From Octopus vulgaris (Eukaryota): a DNA stretch of 64,000 bases. Under the pieces are notes generated by a model. It saw nothing but the letters and a program-made list of their open reading frames with translations, was not told the DNA's origin and searched no databases. The stretch is taken from positions 14,570,001 to 14,634,000 of the forward strand of contig OX597838.1 in assembly GCA_951406725.2 (NCBI GenBank). The letters are read 5' to 3'. How positions within the stretch are numbered: the first letter of the stretch is position 1; the number at the start of each line of letters is the position of its first letter. Made by a program: the position numbers and the translations under genes. Positions 14,521-28,249 of this stretch are shown here, piece after piece.

Positions 14521-15075
14521 GTGTATGTGTGTATACGTACATTACATACACGTGCGTACATGCGTATAAAGATACATTCATACATTCACATACACACGGA
14601 TACGCATATATATCTATATACATACAAAATTCCATCCAACCATCCACCACCACCCCATACACATACACACACACATAAACACATGTTTATATATATAAGT
14701 GTATGTTAACTGCATATCATTTCTCTTCCCGCTCCACCAACGTTACCCAAGACCAATAAAGCCCAGAACCATTGTCGTCGTTCCATAATAATGTTGGTAC
14801 ATTTAGTACATCGCACTAAGCTGTCGTATGGAATTACTAAATCTACCAGCATTATTATGGATCCCCGGGGCCCCAGAAACTGCTGTTGGACTTACAATAC
14901 CTTTCTTCCAGCCTTTTAATTTTCTCTGTCATATGTACTCTGTGTAAGTTGGACCTATTAATATAAATATCTATGTATCTACACATAAGAATTCATTATC
15001 TGAAGGTTTCCACGGCTACGCATTTCGCCCGGCGTGCTAACGTTTCTGCCAGCTCGCCGCCTAATGTGGCAAATA

Positions 15076-15076
<1 letters not shown>

Positions 15077-15136
<60 letters not shown>

Positions 15137-15401
15137 TCGCATGTATGTATGCATGCATGTATGTATGTATGTATGTATGTATGTATGTATGTATGTATGT
15201 ATGTATGTATGTATGTGTGTATGTATGTATGTATGTATGTATGTATGTAGGTATGTATGTATGTATGTATGTATGTATGTGTGTATGTATGTATGTATGT
15301 ATGTATGTATGTGTGTATGTATGTATGCATGTGTGTATGTATGTATGTATGTGTGTATGTATGTATGTATGCATGTGTGTATGTATGTATGTATGTAAAT
15401 A

Positions 15402-15436
<35 letters not shown>

Positions 15437-15803
15437 GTGTATGTATGTATGCATGTGCATGTGTGTATGTATGTATGTGTGTATGTATGTATGTATGTAT
15501 GTATGTATGTATGTATGTATGTATGTATGTATGTATGTGTGTATGCATGTATGCATGTGTGCATGTATGTATGTATGTATGTATGTATGTATGTATGTAT
15601 GTATGTATGTATGTATGTATGTATGTATGTATGTATGTATGTGTGTATGCATGTATGCATGTGTGCATGTATGTATGTATGTATGTATGTATGTATGTAT
15701 GTATGTATGTATGTATGTATGTGTGTATGTATGTGTGTATGTATGTATGTATGTATGTATGTATGTATGTATGTATGTATGTATGTATGTATGTATGTAT
15801 GTA
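15077..15803. repeat. (GTCT)n then (TATG)n microsatellite
   Basis: Directly visible. Confidence 0.95.
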
Positions 15804-15860
15804 TTAAGGAATACAAATCTAGCAAAAATAAAAACAAAAACAGTGCAAATAAAATAAAAC

Positions 15861-16492
15861 GAAACGATTTTCTAACTGTAATCCACAAATTTCCACCTGA
15901 AATTCTGAAATTTCTCCTCCATATAAGAATTACTGATCTGACGAACCTTGCGATATCACAGAACATTTGATATTAGGCACTGGAATATGATACCGAACTG
16001 CCATACCAGTACTATCACGTACTCACATGATATAGCATACGATACACCATTGTTATATGATATCCCTCTAAAATACATGTCTTCTTCGCTAAAAAAGCTT
16101 CTTACTTGAAGTTCTACTTCCTGCTTCACCCTCCTCCTACTTCACCTCTTTTGCTTCAGTATCTTTTCTTTGTAAACACAGTTCAGTTCAGCTTCTGACT
16201 TCGACTATTTTCATATCATGAAGGAACTACCGTAAATATACACGCGAAGCTAAAATCACACACACACATAATATATAATATATACTCTTTTACTCTTTTA
16301 CTTGTTTCAGTCATTTGACTGCGGCCATGCTGGAGCACCGCCTTTTAGTCGAGCAAACTCGACCCCGGGACTTATTCTTTTTGTAAGCCCAGCACTTATT
16401 CCATCGGTCTCTTTTTGCCGAACCGCTAAGTGACAGGGACGTAAACACACCAGCATCGGTTGTCAAGCAATGCTAGGGAAACAGACACACAA

Positions 16493-16571
<79 letters not shown>

Positions 16572-17167
16572 TACGACAGGCTTCTTTCAGTTTCCGTCTA
16601 CCAAATCCACTCACAAGGCATTGGTCGGCCCGGGGCTATAGCAGAAGACACTTGCCCAAGATGCTACGCAATGGGACTGAACCCGGAACCATGTGGTCGG
16701 TTAGCAAGCTACTTACCACACAGCCACTCGTGTGTGTTAACATATGTACATATACGTGTGTGTGTGTGTGTATGATTCTAGATGCGCGTGTATATTTACG
16801 GTAGTTCCTTCATGATATGAAAATAGTCGAAGTTAGAAGCTGAACTGAACTGTGTTTACAAAGAAAAGATACTGAAGCAAAAGAGGTGAAGCGGGAGGAG
16901 GGTGAAGCAGGAAGTAGAACTTCAAGTAAGAAGCTTTTTTAGCGAAGACATGTGTATTAGAGGGATATCATATAACAATGGCGTATCGTATGCTATATCA
17001 TGTGAGTACGTGATAGCACTGGTATGACAGTTCGGTATCATATTCCAGTGCCTAATATCAAATGTTCTGTGATATCGCAAGGTTCGTCAGATCAGTAATT
17101 CTTATATGGAGGAGAAATTTCAGAATTTCAGGTGGAAATTTGTGGATTCCAGTTAGAAAATCGCTTC
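15861..17167. repeat. Long inverted repeat (foldback): arms 15861-16246 and 16785-17167
   Basis: About 385-bp arms that are reverse complements, with ~10 substitutions and one 3-bp indel. The same peptide MFCDIARFVRSVILIWRRNFRISGGNLWI appears on opposite strands in the ORF track. Confidence 0.95.
16283..16728 (-). mobile_element. SINE family A, in the loop of the foldback
   Basis: Reverse-strand homolog of 23334-23780. Confidence 0.9.
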
Positions 17168-17168
17168 A

Positions 17169-17215
<47 letters not shown>

Positions 17216-17496
17216 GCACCACATACATCTACACATGCATTAATCCATACATATGTACACACACACACAAACAATATTCTCTACCTACTTCGTTATTCTG
17301 TTACTTTTTACCTTCCCACACATAAATACTCGTGCATACAAATATGTATACTCACACGCACGTATACACACGCGCGCACGCACACACACACATACACACA
17401 AGCAAGAACACACACTCTTATAGCAAAATACGTTAGAGACACGCATGTGTATTCTTTCTGAACACTCTCGTCTGAGTGGATGTGTTTACTGAAATA

Positions 17497-17913
17497 CCTA
17501 TTTCTTAACCACCCACAAGGGGCTAAACACAGAGGGGACAAACAAGGACAGACAAACGGATTAAGTCGATTACATCGACCCCAGTACGTAACTGGTACTT
17601 AATTTATCGACCCCGAAAGGATGAAAGGCAAAGTCGACCTCGGCGGAATTTGAACTCAGAACTTAGTGGCAGACGAAATACCTACTTATTTACTACCCAC
17701 AAGGGGCTAAACACAGAGAGGACAAACAAGGACAGACAAACGGATTAAGTCGATTACATCAACCCCAGTACGTAACTGGTACTTAATTTATCGACCCCGA
17801 AAGGATGAAAGGCAAAGACGACCTCGGCGGAATTTGAACTCGGAACGTAACGACAGACGAAATACGGCTACGCATTTCGCCCGGCGTGCTAACGTTTCTG
17901 CCAGCTCGCCGCC
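17497..17913 (-). mobile_element. SINE family B dimer inside a single 14-bp TSD
   Basis: TSD tgtttactgaaata at 17483-17496 and 17914-17927. One full unit plus one headless unit. Confidence 0.88.
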
Positions 17914-18463
17914 TGTTTACTGAAATATGGATGTATAATTGCGTATACGTGCGTATATGTGTGCGACATGGTGGTCTCATATCAAGATAAACAGCACATG
18001 ACCTTGCAGGTGGGGGCCCAGTTAGAATTTCTTCTGGTCGAGTAACCCATCCCGCTCAAAAGGTCCCTGAATAAGGATTGTTTAAGGATGTTGAACGAAT
18101 CACCCATATTTCCAGAGGTGAATTATCCAAACCCCAAAGAATCACTCTCATCACATGGCTATGATGGTCCGCCACTACTTCTGCTCGTGATCAGAGATGC
18201 ACATATCGTCAGCCACTAAGGAACATGGTCAACTGGTTAAGGTCAAACAACTGACAAGCAAATCTTTGGTATTGAGCAGAATATTTGCTGTAGTCCATCT
18301 TTTATACCAAGACAAAACTAAGTACGTGATAACACTTCCAATCAGTTAAGATCAGAAGCCACGAGAGCCACTGTCTGGTACTGCATCAGGGCATTTATTA
18401 TTATTGTTGTTGTTGTTGTTGTTGTTATTGTTGTTTTTGTTGTTGTTATTATTGTTGTTATTA

Positions 18464-18526
<63 letters not shown>

Positions 18527-18794
18527 GCGGTATTTCGTCTGCTGCTACGTTCTGAGTTCAAATTTGCTTTTAATCCTTTCGGGGGTCGATAAATTTAGTA
18601 CAAGTGAAACACTGGGGTTAATCTAATCAACTAGTCCCCTCCCAACAAATCTTCGGCTTTGTGCCTTTAGTAGAAAGGATTGTTATTATTGTTGTTGTTG
18701 CAAGTGCTGCTGCTGCTGCTGTTGATGGAAAGCGGTTTACAGTATGCTTCAACGATTAGACTCTCGTCAAGAAATAGCGAGATGTCTTGATGTA

Positions 18795-18891
<97 letters not shown>

Positions 18892-19902
18892 CTTGAAGTG
18901 CTTGATGGACAATTTTATAAGAATTCTACTTTTATGACAAACTGCGGAAGAGAAGCACACATTCGCGGGCGTACACACACACACACACGCGCTCACACAC
19001 AAATAGACACACACGCTCACACACAAATAGACACACACTGACACACACAAACACACACTGACACACACACAAACACTCACACACACTCACACACACACAC
19101 ACTCACACACACACAGACACTCACACACACACATTCACACACACGCGCTCACACACAAATAGACACACGCTCACACACACAGACATACACTGACACACAC
19201 ACACTCACATACACTCACACACACACACTCACACAAACACACACTGACACTCACACACATATACACACAGACACTGACACACACACACGTACATACACAC
19301 ACAAATGAATTGTGCTTGTGTACGTACGTGCACTACTGCTTCAAGTGCTTCAACGTATATATTTGTATATGCGTATATGTTAGTGTACGTGTGTGTCTTT
19401 TTTGGTGTACTTGATACGGTTTTATAAGAATTCTGACTCGAGGAAAAGACGCACACCAGCCAACACGCACCCATACACACATAAACACACAAACACACAC
19501 ACACACACATACACAGAGGAAAGCGACGGCAGCACCAACATCAGCAGCAGCAGCATCAGCAGGAGCAACTGCACGATCTGCATGAGGTCGTTGACATATC
19601 TATTTTTCCCTTAAATTCTGTATTAGAAGAGAATTTAAGAACAGACTAATTTGCATAGTAACAGTAGAAAAGTCGTATCATTTCATTTTACAAGACTAAA
19701 TATACATGTATACAATACACACACACACAAACACACACACACACGCATGACAGGTTTCTTTCAATTTCCGTCTACCAAATACACTCACAAGGCTTTGGTC
19801 GGCCCGGGGCTATAGTAGAAGACAACTTGCCCAAGGTGCCACGCAGTGGAACTGAACCCGGAACTATGTGGCTGGTAAGCAAGCTACTTACCACACAGTC
19901 AC

Positions 19903-19953
<51 letters not shown>

Positions 19954-20198
19954 TGCACAGACTTATACATATATGTCATAATATGTGTTCGGGATTATGA
20001 TGTGGATTGCAAGTCGTAAATGGTGACGTCACATGGAGAATAGGTGACGTCAGGTGGAAATGTGGAAATGCATAAGTGTTAAGAAGGTGAACGAACTCTT
20101 TCAAAATCAGAGGGGCTTATGTTGCGATGTTGATTTCCATTAACTTTCAGCGTTTGTAGATATATATGGTACATAAACATTGAGTGTATGTGTGTGCG

Positions 20199-20248
<50 letters not shown>

Positions 20249-20302
20249 TGATTGATTCTAGTTTCAGCTCACGAGCTGTGGCCATGCTGGGGCACCGCCA
20301 TT

Positions 20303-20361
<59 letters not shown>

Positions 20362-20365
<4 letters not shown>

Positions 20366-20947
20366 GTTGTGTGATAAGAAACTTCCTTCCCAGCCACATG
20401 GTTTCGGTTTCAGTCCTACTGCGTGGTACCTTGCTCAAGTGTCTTTCACTATAGCCTCGGGCGAATCAAAGCCTTGTGAGTGAATTATAGACAGAAACTG
20501 AAAGAAGCCCGTCGTGTATGTATATATATATATATATATATATATAGGGAGAATTCTCGAAAAAAAACAGGAGACGAAGACAGGTGGTGTAGATAACAAA
20601 CAGATGTATCAGTTTAACGATCGGGAATTGAAAAAGTCTTTTACGTTTCGAGCCTACGCTCTTCCACAGAAAGGTACACAGAAAGAAACAAGGAGAGAAA
20701 AAAATGTGTGTAGCGGCTACCGCTCTATCATGGCGATATATGTGTGTGTGTGTGTATTTGTGTGTCTATGTTTGACCCCACCATCGCTTGACATGTTGCT
20801 GTATATACTTCCTCGTAACATAGAGGTTTGGCAAAAAGAGACCGATAGAATAAGTACTAGGCTTACAAAGAATAAGTCCTGCGGTCGGTTTGTTCGACTA
20901 AATGCGGTGCTCCAGCATGTCCGCAGTCAAATGACTGAAACAAGTAA

Positions 20948-20950
<3 letters not shown>
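20362..20950 (+). mobile_element. SINE family A interrupted by an insert in its internal (TA)n
   Basis: Head 20362-20515, tail 20750-20950, insert 20547-20735. Confidence 0.85.
20638..20673 (-). ncRNA. Minimal hammerhead-like motif with variant core CUGUGGA, GUA site
   Basis: Minus strand: cttt-CTGTGGA-a-gagc-gtag-gctc-GAAA-CGTA-aaag. Confidence 0.55.
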
Positions 20951-21017
<67 letters not shown>

Positions 21018-21112
21018 ATATACATACAAACATATATATATATATACATACATATATTTACATATATGCATATATATATACATACATATGTATATACATA
21101 TATATGTATGTA

Positions 21113-21155
<43 letters not shown>

Positions 21156-21286
21156 TACATACAAACATACACGTATATATGTGTATCTATATATACATAA
21201 TATATGTATGTGTACAGAAAAAGAAAAAGAGTGGAGAGAGAGAGTGAGTGAGTGTGTGTGTTTGTGTTTGTGTGTGTGAGAGAGAG

Positions 21287-21322
<36 letters not shown>

Positions 21323-21786
21323 AGAAAGAAAAGATCGAATGAAGATCGAATGAATAGATCAAAGCGGATCAAAACTGAAGTACGCCACTTACGATGGCTG
21401 AACAGTGTAACACAAACCAACAGCTAAAACAGTTTATTTAGTTAGCGAAAGATGCATAAAAGAAGAAAAGTTCACTGCCGTTTGGTATCCTGCAAATCCA
21501 AGGATATCCAATATTTAAGAGATGATACTATAATAGTAAAACAGAGGAATGGATTTTATGACGTTTCGTTTCGGAAATTTTATTGTGACGTAACATATTA
21601 TTGTGACGTAACAGTACTGTGACGTAACATTTTATTGTAACGTAACAATTTTGTTGTTACGTAACATACAGGCAACTCCTCAAATATTCAGGTTATACTT
21701 AATTAAACGGGAAAATAACGAATGATATGCGGCTATTTTGATGTTCTCGCAGCGTATGCTGTGACATATCTATTTTAATTATGGTG

Positions 21787-21910
21787 TAACCTGAAGATAC
21801 GAGGGGTTGTATGTAACGTTGCATAATTTTGTGGATGTTGCACGTCTATACATGTCTATTTGTATGATGGTACGTCACAGTATAATTTCTTAGCGAAACA
21901 TTTGTAGTTA
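21787..21910 (+). ncRNA. Type I hammerhead ribozyme motif with long helix II
   Basis: taac-CTGAAGA-[~97 nt, partly self-complementary]-GAAA-CATTTG-TA-gtta. Helix I taac/gtta, GUA triplet. Confidence 0.6.
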
Positions 21911-21952
21911 GACTATAAAATTTATTCGTGTGTTTTATTTTGTATATGTATG

Positions 21953-22002
<50 letters not shown>

Positions 22003-22242
22003 GTATGTATACACACGGTGTTCATGAGTATATATGTGCACGGTGTGTGTATACATGGGATGTTCATACGCAAATATATACGTATATATAATGTATATAT
22101 AATGCGTATATATACATGTTGTACGCACATATATTGTCCGTGAAGTACTCGATGTGTGTGTGTATGTATGTAGGTATGTATGTATATATATATATGTATA
22201 TATGTATGTATGTATATATGTATGTATGTACGTGTGCGTACA

Positions 22243-22291
<49 letters not shown>

Positions 22292-22703
22292 CAATAAGAA
22301 AATGGAGGGGATCAATAGGTGTTATTCATCAACTTTTAGACTATATATATATGTGTACAGAACGACACAAAAAAAATTTCTCTTGGTTGGAATTTAACTT
22401 TTTTAATTGGGAGAAAATAAAAATAAAACTAATTATTGTTAGCGACACTCAAGGAAAGGGGAGATAATTTGACTTCAAGAACTAAAAATTGAATTTCACA
22501 GAAAATTTTATTTCTGTGCTTCGGCTGGAAATCTGATCTGTGTTGTGAAAGATAACATCTAAGAACATGTTTCTTTCGTATTAGGACTCGTAAATAAAGT
22601 AGTGTGTACTGAAGATTGCTTTGGTCAAAGGACAACGTATGTTTCGAAAGGGTAGCTAGAGTATTACGAAGCTTTTAAACTAGTTTAATTTACGTAATTA
22701 CAA

Positions 22704-22709
22704 ATGATG

Positions 22710-22806
<97 letters not shown>

Positions 22807-22850
22807 TGAAGATGATGATGATGATAACAATAACAATAACAATAACAATA

Positions 22851-22918
<68 letters not shown>

Positions 22919-23030
22919 AATAATAATAATAATAATATAATAATAATAATAATAACAACAACAACAACAACAATAATAATAATAATAATAACAATATAAC
23001 AATAATAATATTAATAATGATAATAATAAT
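22704..23030. repeat. Compound (AAT)/(GAT)/(AAC)n microsatellite
   Basis: Directly visible. Confidence 0.95.
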
Positions 23031-23333
23031 AAATAAATAAATAAATAAAAATAATCCTTTCTACTAAAGGCACAATGCCTGAAATTTGGAAGGAGGGGGA
23101 CACTGATCGATTACATCGACCCCAGAGTTTTACTGGTAATTAATTTATCGATCCCGAAAGGATGAAAGGTAAAGTCAACCTCGGCAGAATTTGAACCCAC
23201 AACGTATAATCATGTGGGTTCTTTCTCGCCATCCTCCGGGGCAACGTCTTTTCCATTTTTCTTTGCTGGAACCATGAGAAATGTTTCTATTCTGCGAGAG
23301 GCAAGACTTTTAAAAATTAAGTCGAGTTACATA

Positions 23334-23498
23334 GGCGCAGGAGTGGCTGTGTGGTAAGTAGCTTGCTAACCAACCACATGGTTCCGGGTTCATTCCCACT
23401 GCGTGGAATCTTGGGCAAGTGTCTTCTGCTATAGCCCCGGGCCAACCAATGCCTTGTGAGTGGATTTGGTAGACGGAAACTGAAAGAAGCCTGTCGTA

Positions 23499-23574
<76 letters not shown>

Positions 23575-23780
23575 TGTGTTTGTCCCCCTAGCATTGCTTG
23601 ACAACCGATGCTGGTGTATTTACGTCCCCGTCACTTAGCGGTTCGGCAAAAAGAGACCGATAGAATAAGTACTGGGCTAACAAAGAATAAGTCCCGGGGT
23701 CGATTTGCTCGACTAAAGGCGGTGCTCCAGCATGGCCGCAGTCAAATGACTGAAACAAGTAAAAGAGTAAAGAGTAAAGA
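23334..23780 (+). mobile_element. SINE family A, near-consensus copy
   Basis: Complete head, internal microsatellite and (GTAAAGA) tail. Confidence 0.92.
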
Positions 23781-26700
23781 GTTACGTATCTACCTAAGTT
23801 ATTTATCATTCTTTGCATCGACTTACCCACCTACCTACCTATCTACCTATTCGTTTATGTATTGGAATGGTCCAACGGAATGGTGGAATGGTTTTTGGAT
23901 AATTCATGGAGGTGATGGTGTGTGTGCGTGGGAGTGTCTGTATGTATGTGTGCGTGTGTGTGTTTGCGTGTATGTGTGCATTCATTAGTGTGCATGCGTG
24001 CGTTCTTGTGTGTGTGTGTTTGCGTGTGTATGTGCGTGTGTGTGTGTATGTTTGCGTATGTGTATGTGTGCGTTCTTGTGTGTGTGTGTGTGTGTCTGTT
24101 TGCGTGTGTGTGTGTGTCTGTGTGTGTGTGTGTGTGCGTGCGTGTGCGTGAAACACGATTAGAAAACGCTGCTGTCTGCGTGAAGGTTTTTTTGGCAAAG
24201 GGAATGAGAAACTGGTTTTTGGTGGAATCAAAAACAAGCAGGCAGCCAATCGACGAAGAAGCAGACGAGCAAGCAGCCAGACAAACGAAGAAGAAGACAA
24301 AGAAGAAGAAGAAGAAGGAGGAGAAGAAGAAGAAGAAGAAGAAGAAGAAGAAGATGGAGCGGGTGGGATAGGGTCGCGAGAAGGGGGGGGGGGCGATAGG
24401 CTCAGAAGTGTGTAAAAGATGTAAGTTCATATGTGTGTGTGTGTGTGTGTGTGGTGTGGTTACAACAGCTTACCCACTCGCCCTACCCACACTGTTGGCT
24501 GACACGTGCACAACAGCATGTACCCCCTCACCCCCTCCCACCATCACCCCCCCCCACCATCCATCTCCACCACCCCGCGCCCACCCGCTTTACATCTCCC
24601 AAAAAACTTACCACAGTGCCAAATAACCAAAATAACGCTTCAGAAGCCAATAGTTCTCTCCACCCGGGGAGTGTCAGTGTTTGATGCTTAATATATATAT
24701 ACACTTGTGGGGGTATGTGTACCCGGGTGTACGTGTGATAATGTGTGTGTGTGTGTGTGCGTGTGTGCGCGTGTGTGTGTGTGTGTGTGTATGTGTGTGT
24801 GTATATATGTGTGTATATGTGTGTGTGTATATGTGTGTGTATATGTGTGTACGTATGTGTGTGTATATATATGTGTGTGTGTGTGTGTGTGTATATGTGT
24901 ATATATATGTGTGTGTGTGTGTATGTGTGTGTATATGTGTGTGTATATGTGTGTGTGTGTATATGTGTGTGTGTATATATATGTGTGTGTGTATGTGTGT
25001 GTGTGTGTGTGCGTGTGTGTGTTACATAAGCTTGCTGGGTAAACACATTTCTATAACCGCCACCGTCGCCACTTACTTTGCAACTGCCCACCACCACCAC
25101 CATCACCATCAACACCATCACCACCAGCACCTACACCAATAATAATAAAAACAAAAGCAACCAACCTCTATCGCAAGTCTACATCGACTAACAACTAAAC
25201 AGCTACTAAAAACATTACCAACTTTATCTACTTCGCCTTCGTCGTCTCACCTTTCCTCCAGATTGCCTGAGTGTTGTTGTGTTTACTTCTTTTCTCTTTG
25301 CAAACATTCAACTGAAGATGAAAAGACTTTCGGGAAAATTCCGGAAAAACTAACGCCATTTCACAGCAACAGCACTGGACTGGACAGGATTAAACCGTGT
25401 GGTAATTGACAGCAAATAAACATAAAACAAACACATCACCCATAGAGACCCGGGACAACAAAAAAAGAACTAAGAAAAAAAGCAAATGATAATTTATCTG
25501 TCTGTTTATATATGTCGTCTGGAAACGTTATTTTAAGGGTGAAACTTCGTAAACGTTGGATCGCTGTGGTTGTTGTTATATCATCAGGTAAGCCGTGATT
25601 AAACAGACCTTTGATGAAAGGCATTTCGACCCTAAAAATCCCATAATTTATCTATTTATTTATTTATTTATTGCCAGCCTTATCTAACCGTATTTCTTTT
25701 ATCTACTTCTCTTTTTAAAACTACGAAGTGTGTAAACTGGAGGAAGATTTGGCCGCTATTTCCTGTAAGTCGGAATGACTACCTACCAATCTCTCTCTCT
25801 CTCTCATACACTTGTGGAATAATCTCCTATGATGTTGGGAAGAAGACGACATTCCAGATTTTTTCGATCGGAGAACTTTTCGTTGAAGAGAAAGAGCGAG
25901 ATGTGAATAAAAAAAAATATCATAATAATTAATTGACAACCCAGTTTTCGTCCTGAATAAAAATTTATTCACATCTCGGTTTGGTTTAGGAGTTTAAACG
26001 AGCGCCTGAAAACGTGAAAAAATAAAAAGAAAGATTAAAGAAAAACATTATCTAAAATTACGAAAGTATTTTGTGACTATATATGTATATATATATATAT
26101 TTATTACACGTTGTGTGATAGAAGCTTCACGGGATATAAATATATAAGCATATTTATAATTGCATAATTATTGCATCACTACTCCATCAACGTTGTGGGA
26201 CATTTATTTTACCTTTCTCAGCTGTCGACTGGAAATCCTTAACATTCCGGCCACGTTTCCGACATTATCACTTTTCTCCTCCGAGCAAGAGACGTTAAAC
26301 AATTGATTTCAATATTGTGATTTTTATATTTGATATCAATAATAATAATAATAATAATAACAACGACGACGACGACAATGATGATGATGATGATGATGAT
26401 ACTAATGAAGTGATATTAGAAAAAAAGTACTACTCCGATTATGACGACGACGACGACGACGACGGTGATAATTTCTTTTATTGGCACAAAGCCTCATTTT
26501 TATATTTAGAGAAATTACTCACACACACACATATTTATATATCTATATCTATATCTATATCTATATATATATCTATATCTATATCTATATATCTATATAT
26601 ATATATATCATATGTGTTATGTATGAATGTTTATGAATAGTAGATTAAGTCGTCTGTTCCTAGAAGTTTGGGTACTTTGATTTTGCTGCATCTTAGTAAA

Positions 26701-27798
26701 GGATAAAAGAACGAGGATGTACGATGGAAGGCAGGGTTGGCCGCTCTCCGCCGTGAAATTGAAACCGTGGACGTAAAAGAGCGAGAAGAAGGTACAACAG
26801 GATACACCGACACAAGGTTTTAAAGTCTGGATGCTCTACCGGTTTTGCAAAGGATACGGATATCGAAAAATAACTTAACGACTTGATACACACACACACT
26901 TACATACATATATATATGTATATACATATGTATGTATGTATAGCATGTGTGATCTGAGAGGAACTAAAACCATTACATACCAGGATGGCGGACCACGTGA
27001 CAAGGTAAGATATTGTGAAAGTGATGAGAGGAGGTGGTGCGTGTGTGTGTGTGTGTGTGCATGGGTTTGTGTTTGTATGTTGCTATTGTTCTGTTGATTA
27101 GATTTCGGCCAGCTTTGAACTGATCTATAGTTAAAAGTATTCCAGCTGTGAGCATACACACACACACACACACACACGCGCACACACACACACACACAGT
27201 CTCACTCTCTCTGTTTCTCTTCCTATCTCTCTCTCTTTCTCTGTCTCTCTCTCTCTCTCTCTCAAACACATCAAACACACTGGCATGCACATACATGTAA
27301 ATACATATACATACATACATACATGCACAAATACATACATGCTTGTATGTATGTATGTATGTATGTATGTATGTGTGTATGTGTGTGTATATATATGTGT
27401 CCGTGTATAATTAATTCACTGTAGGATTGATTTGAATCAAGATATTTGAATATTTAGGACACCAGGAAAAGCCGAGTTCAGGGCATGTATATTTACTACA
27501 TACATATACATCCGTACATACAATGCACATACGAACATATCCATGCATCTACATATACATACACGCACACATAGGTACACACATCATATACATACAGGTA
27601 TATACCCATGCACGCACGCATGTAGCTTCACGGTCCAATGCAATTTCCAGATCCAACATAGGGAAAGTTCCAGGCACTGTGTTTGCATGAAATAACAAAA
27701 AACGGGTTAAAGGTTTACTACAGCTGTTCCAAACACATTTTCATCAATGAATAGTACTATGAACAGTTGTGGTAATTTTCTCCGAGCCAAATTTTAAA

Positions 27799-27875
27799 TC
27801 ACCTGACGAAACGGTTTCTTCTTGACGTAATTATATATATTCATCAATAAAAATGCGTCGAAACAGCTGTAGTGA
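27799..27875 (+). ncRNA. Type I hammerhead ribozyme motif
   Basis: tcac-CTGACGA-helix II (acg...cgt)-GAAA-CAGCTG-TA-gtga. Palindromic helix III ACAGCTGT, GUA triplet. Preceded by a degenerate inverted copy of its 3' half (27692-27753). Confidence 0.75.
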
Positions 27876-28160
27876 ACATTCAACCCATTTCTGTTATTAT
27901 CTTATGTGTTTTTATATATTAATTTCATTTTCAGATTTCTTGCCTATCTAGATCCAAGGCTTTATCATTGGAACTTCAAACTACTGAATATTTGTGCATG
28001 TGTAATATGTACGTGTGTAATATTTCGAGTCAGGGCGGGCATGTGCAGATTTGTATGTTTTCTTTTATGTACGCATATTCATCCATACATATATTTACGT
28101 ATCTAAACATGTGCATACGGACTTAAATGCTACAATTTTGGAAAGTTTTACATAAAGTCA

Positions 28161-28233
28161 GGTTTCGTTGTGTAGTGGTTATCACGTCTGCTCCACACGC
28201 AGAAGGCCACGAGTTCGAGCCTCGCCGAAACCT
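28161..28233 (+). tRNA. trnV-CAC: tRNA-Val(CAC), variant or pseudogene
   Basis: Acceptor stem ggtttcg/cgaaacc, D arm gtgtagtggttatcac, anticodon stem tctgc/gcaga with loop tcCACac, T loop gttcgagc, T6 terminator at 28241-28246. Has C at position 33 and an A-C mismatch in the T stem. Confidence 0.82.
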
Positions 28234-28249
28234 GGGGGAATTTTTTATA

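Noticed and set aside
15930-16000. CTGACGA in the foldback arm
   Set aside because: No downstream GAAA-helix III-UH and no helix I.
17960-18400. Complex stretch ending in (TTA)n as an exon
   Set aside because: Stops in the frame read and no clear splice sites. Probably a retroelement 3' end, but single-copy here so it cannot be supported.
24150-24420. CpG-rich stretch with (GAA)n as a coding exon or promoter
   Set aside because: Low-complexity translations only; no splice or motif support.
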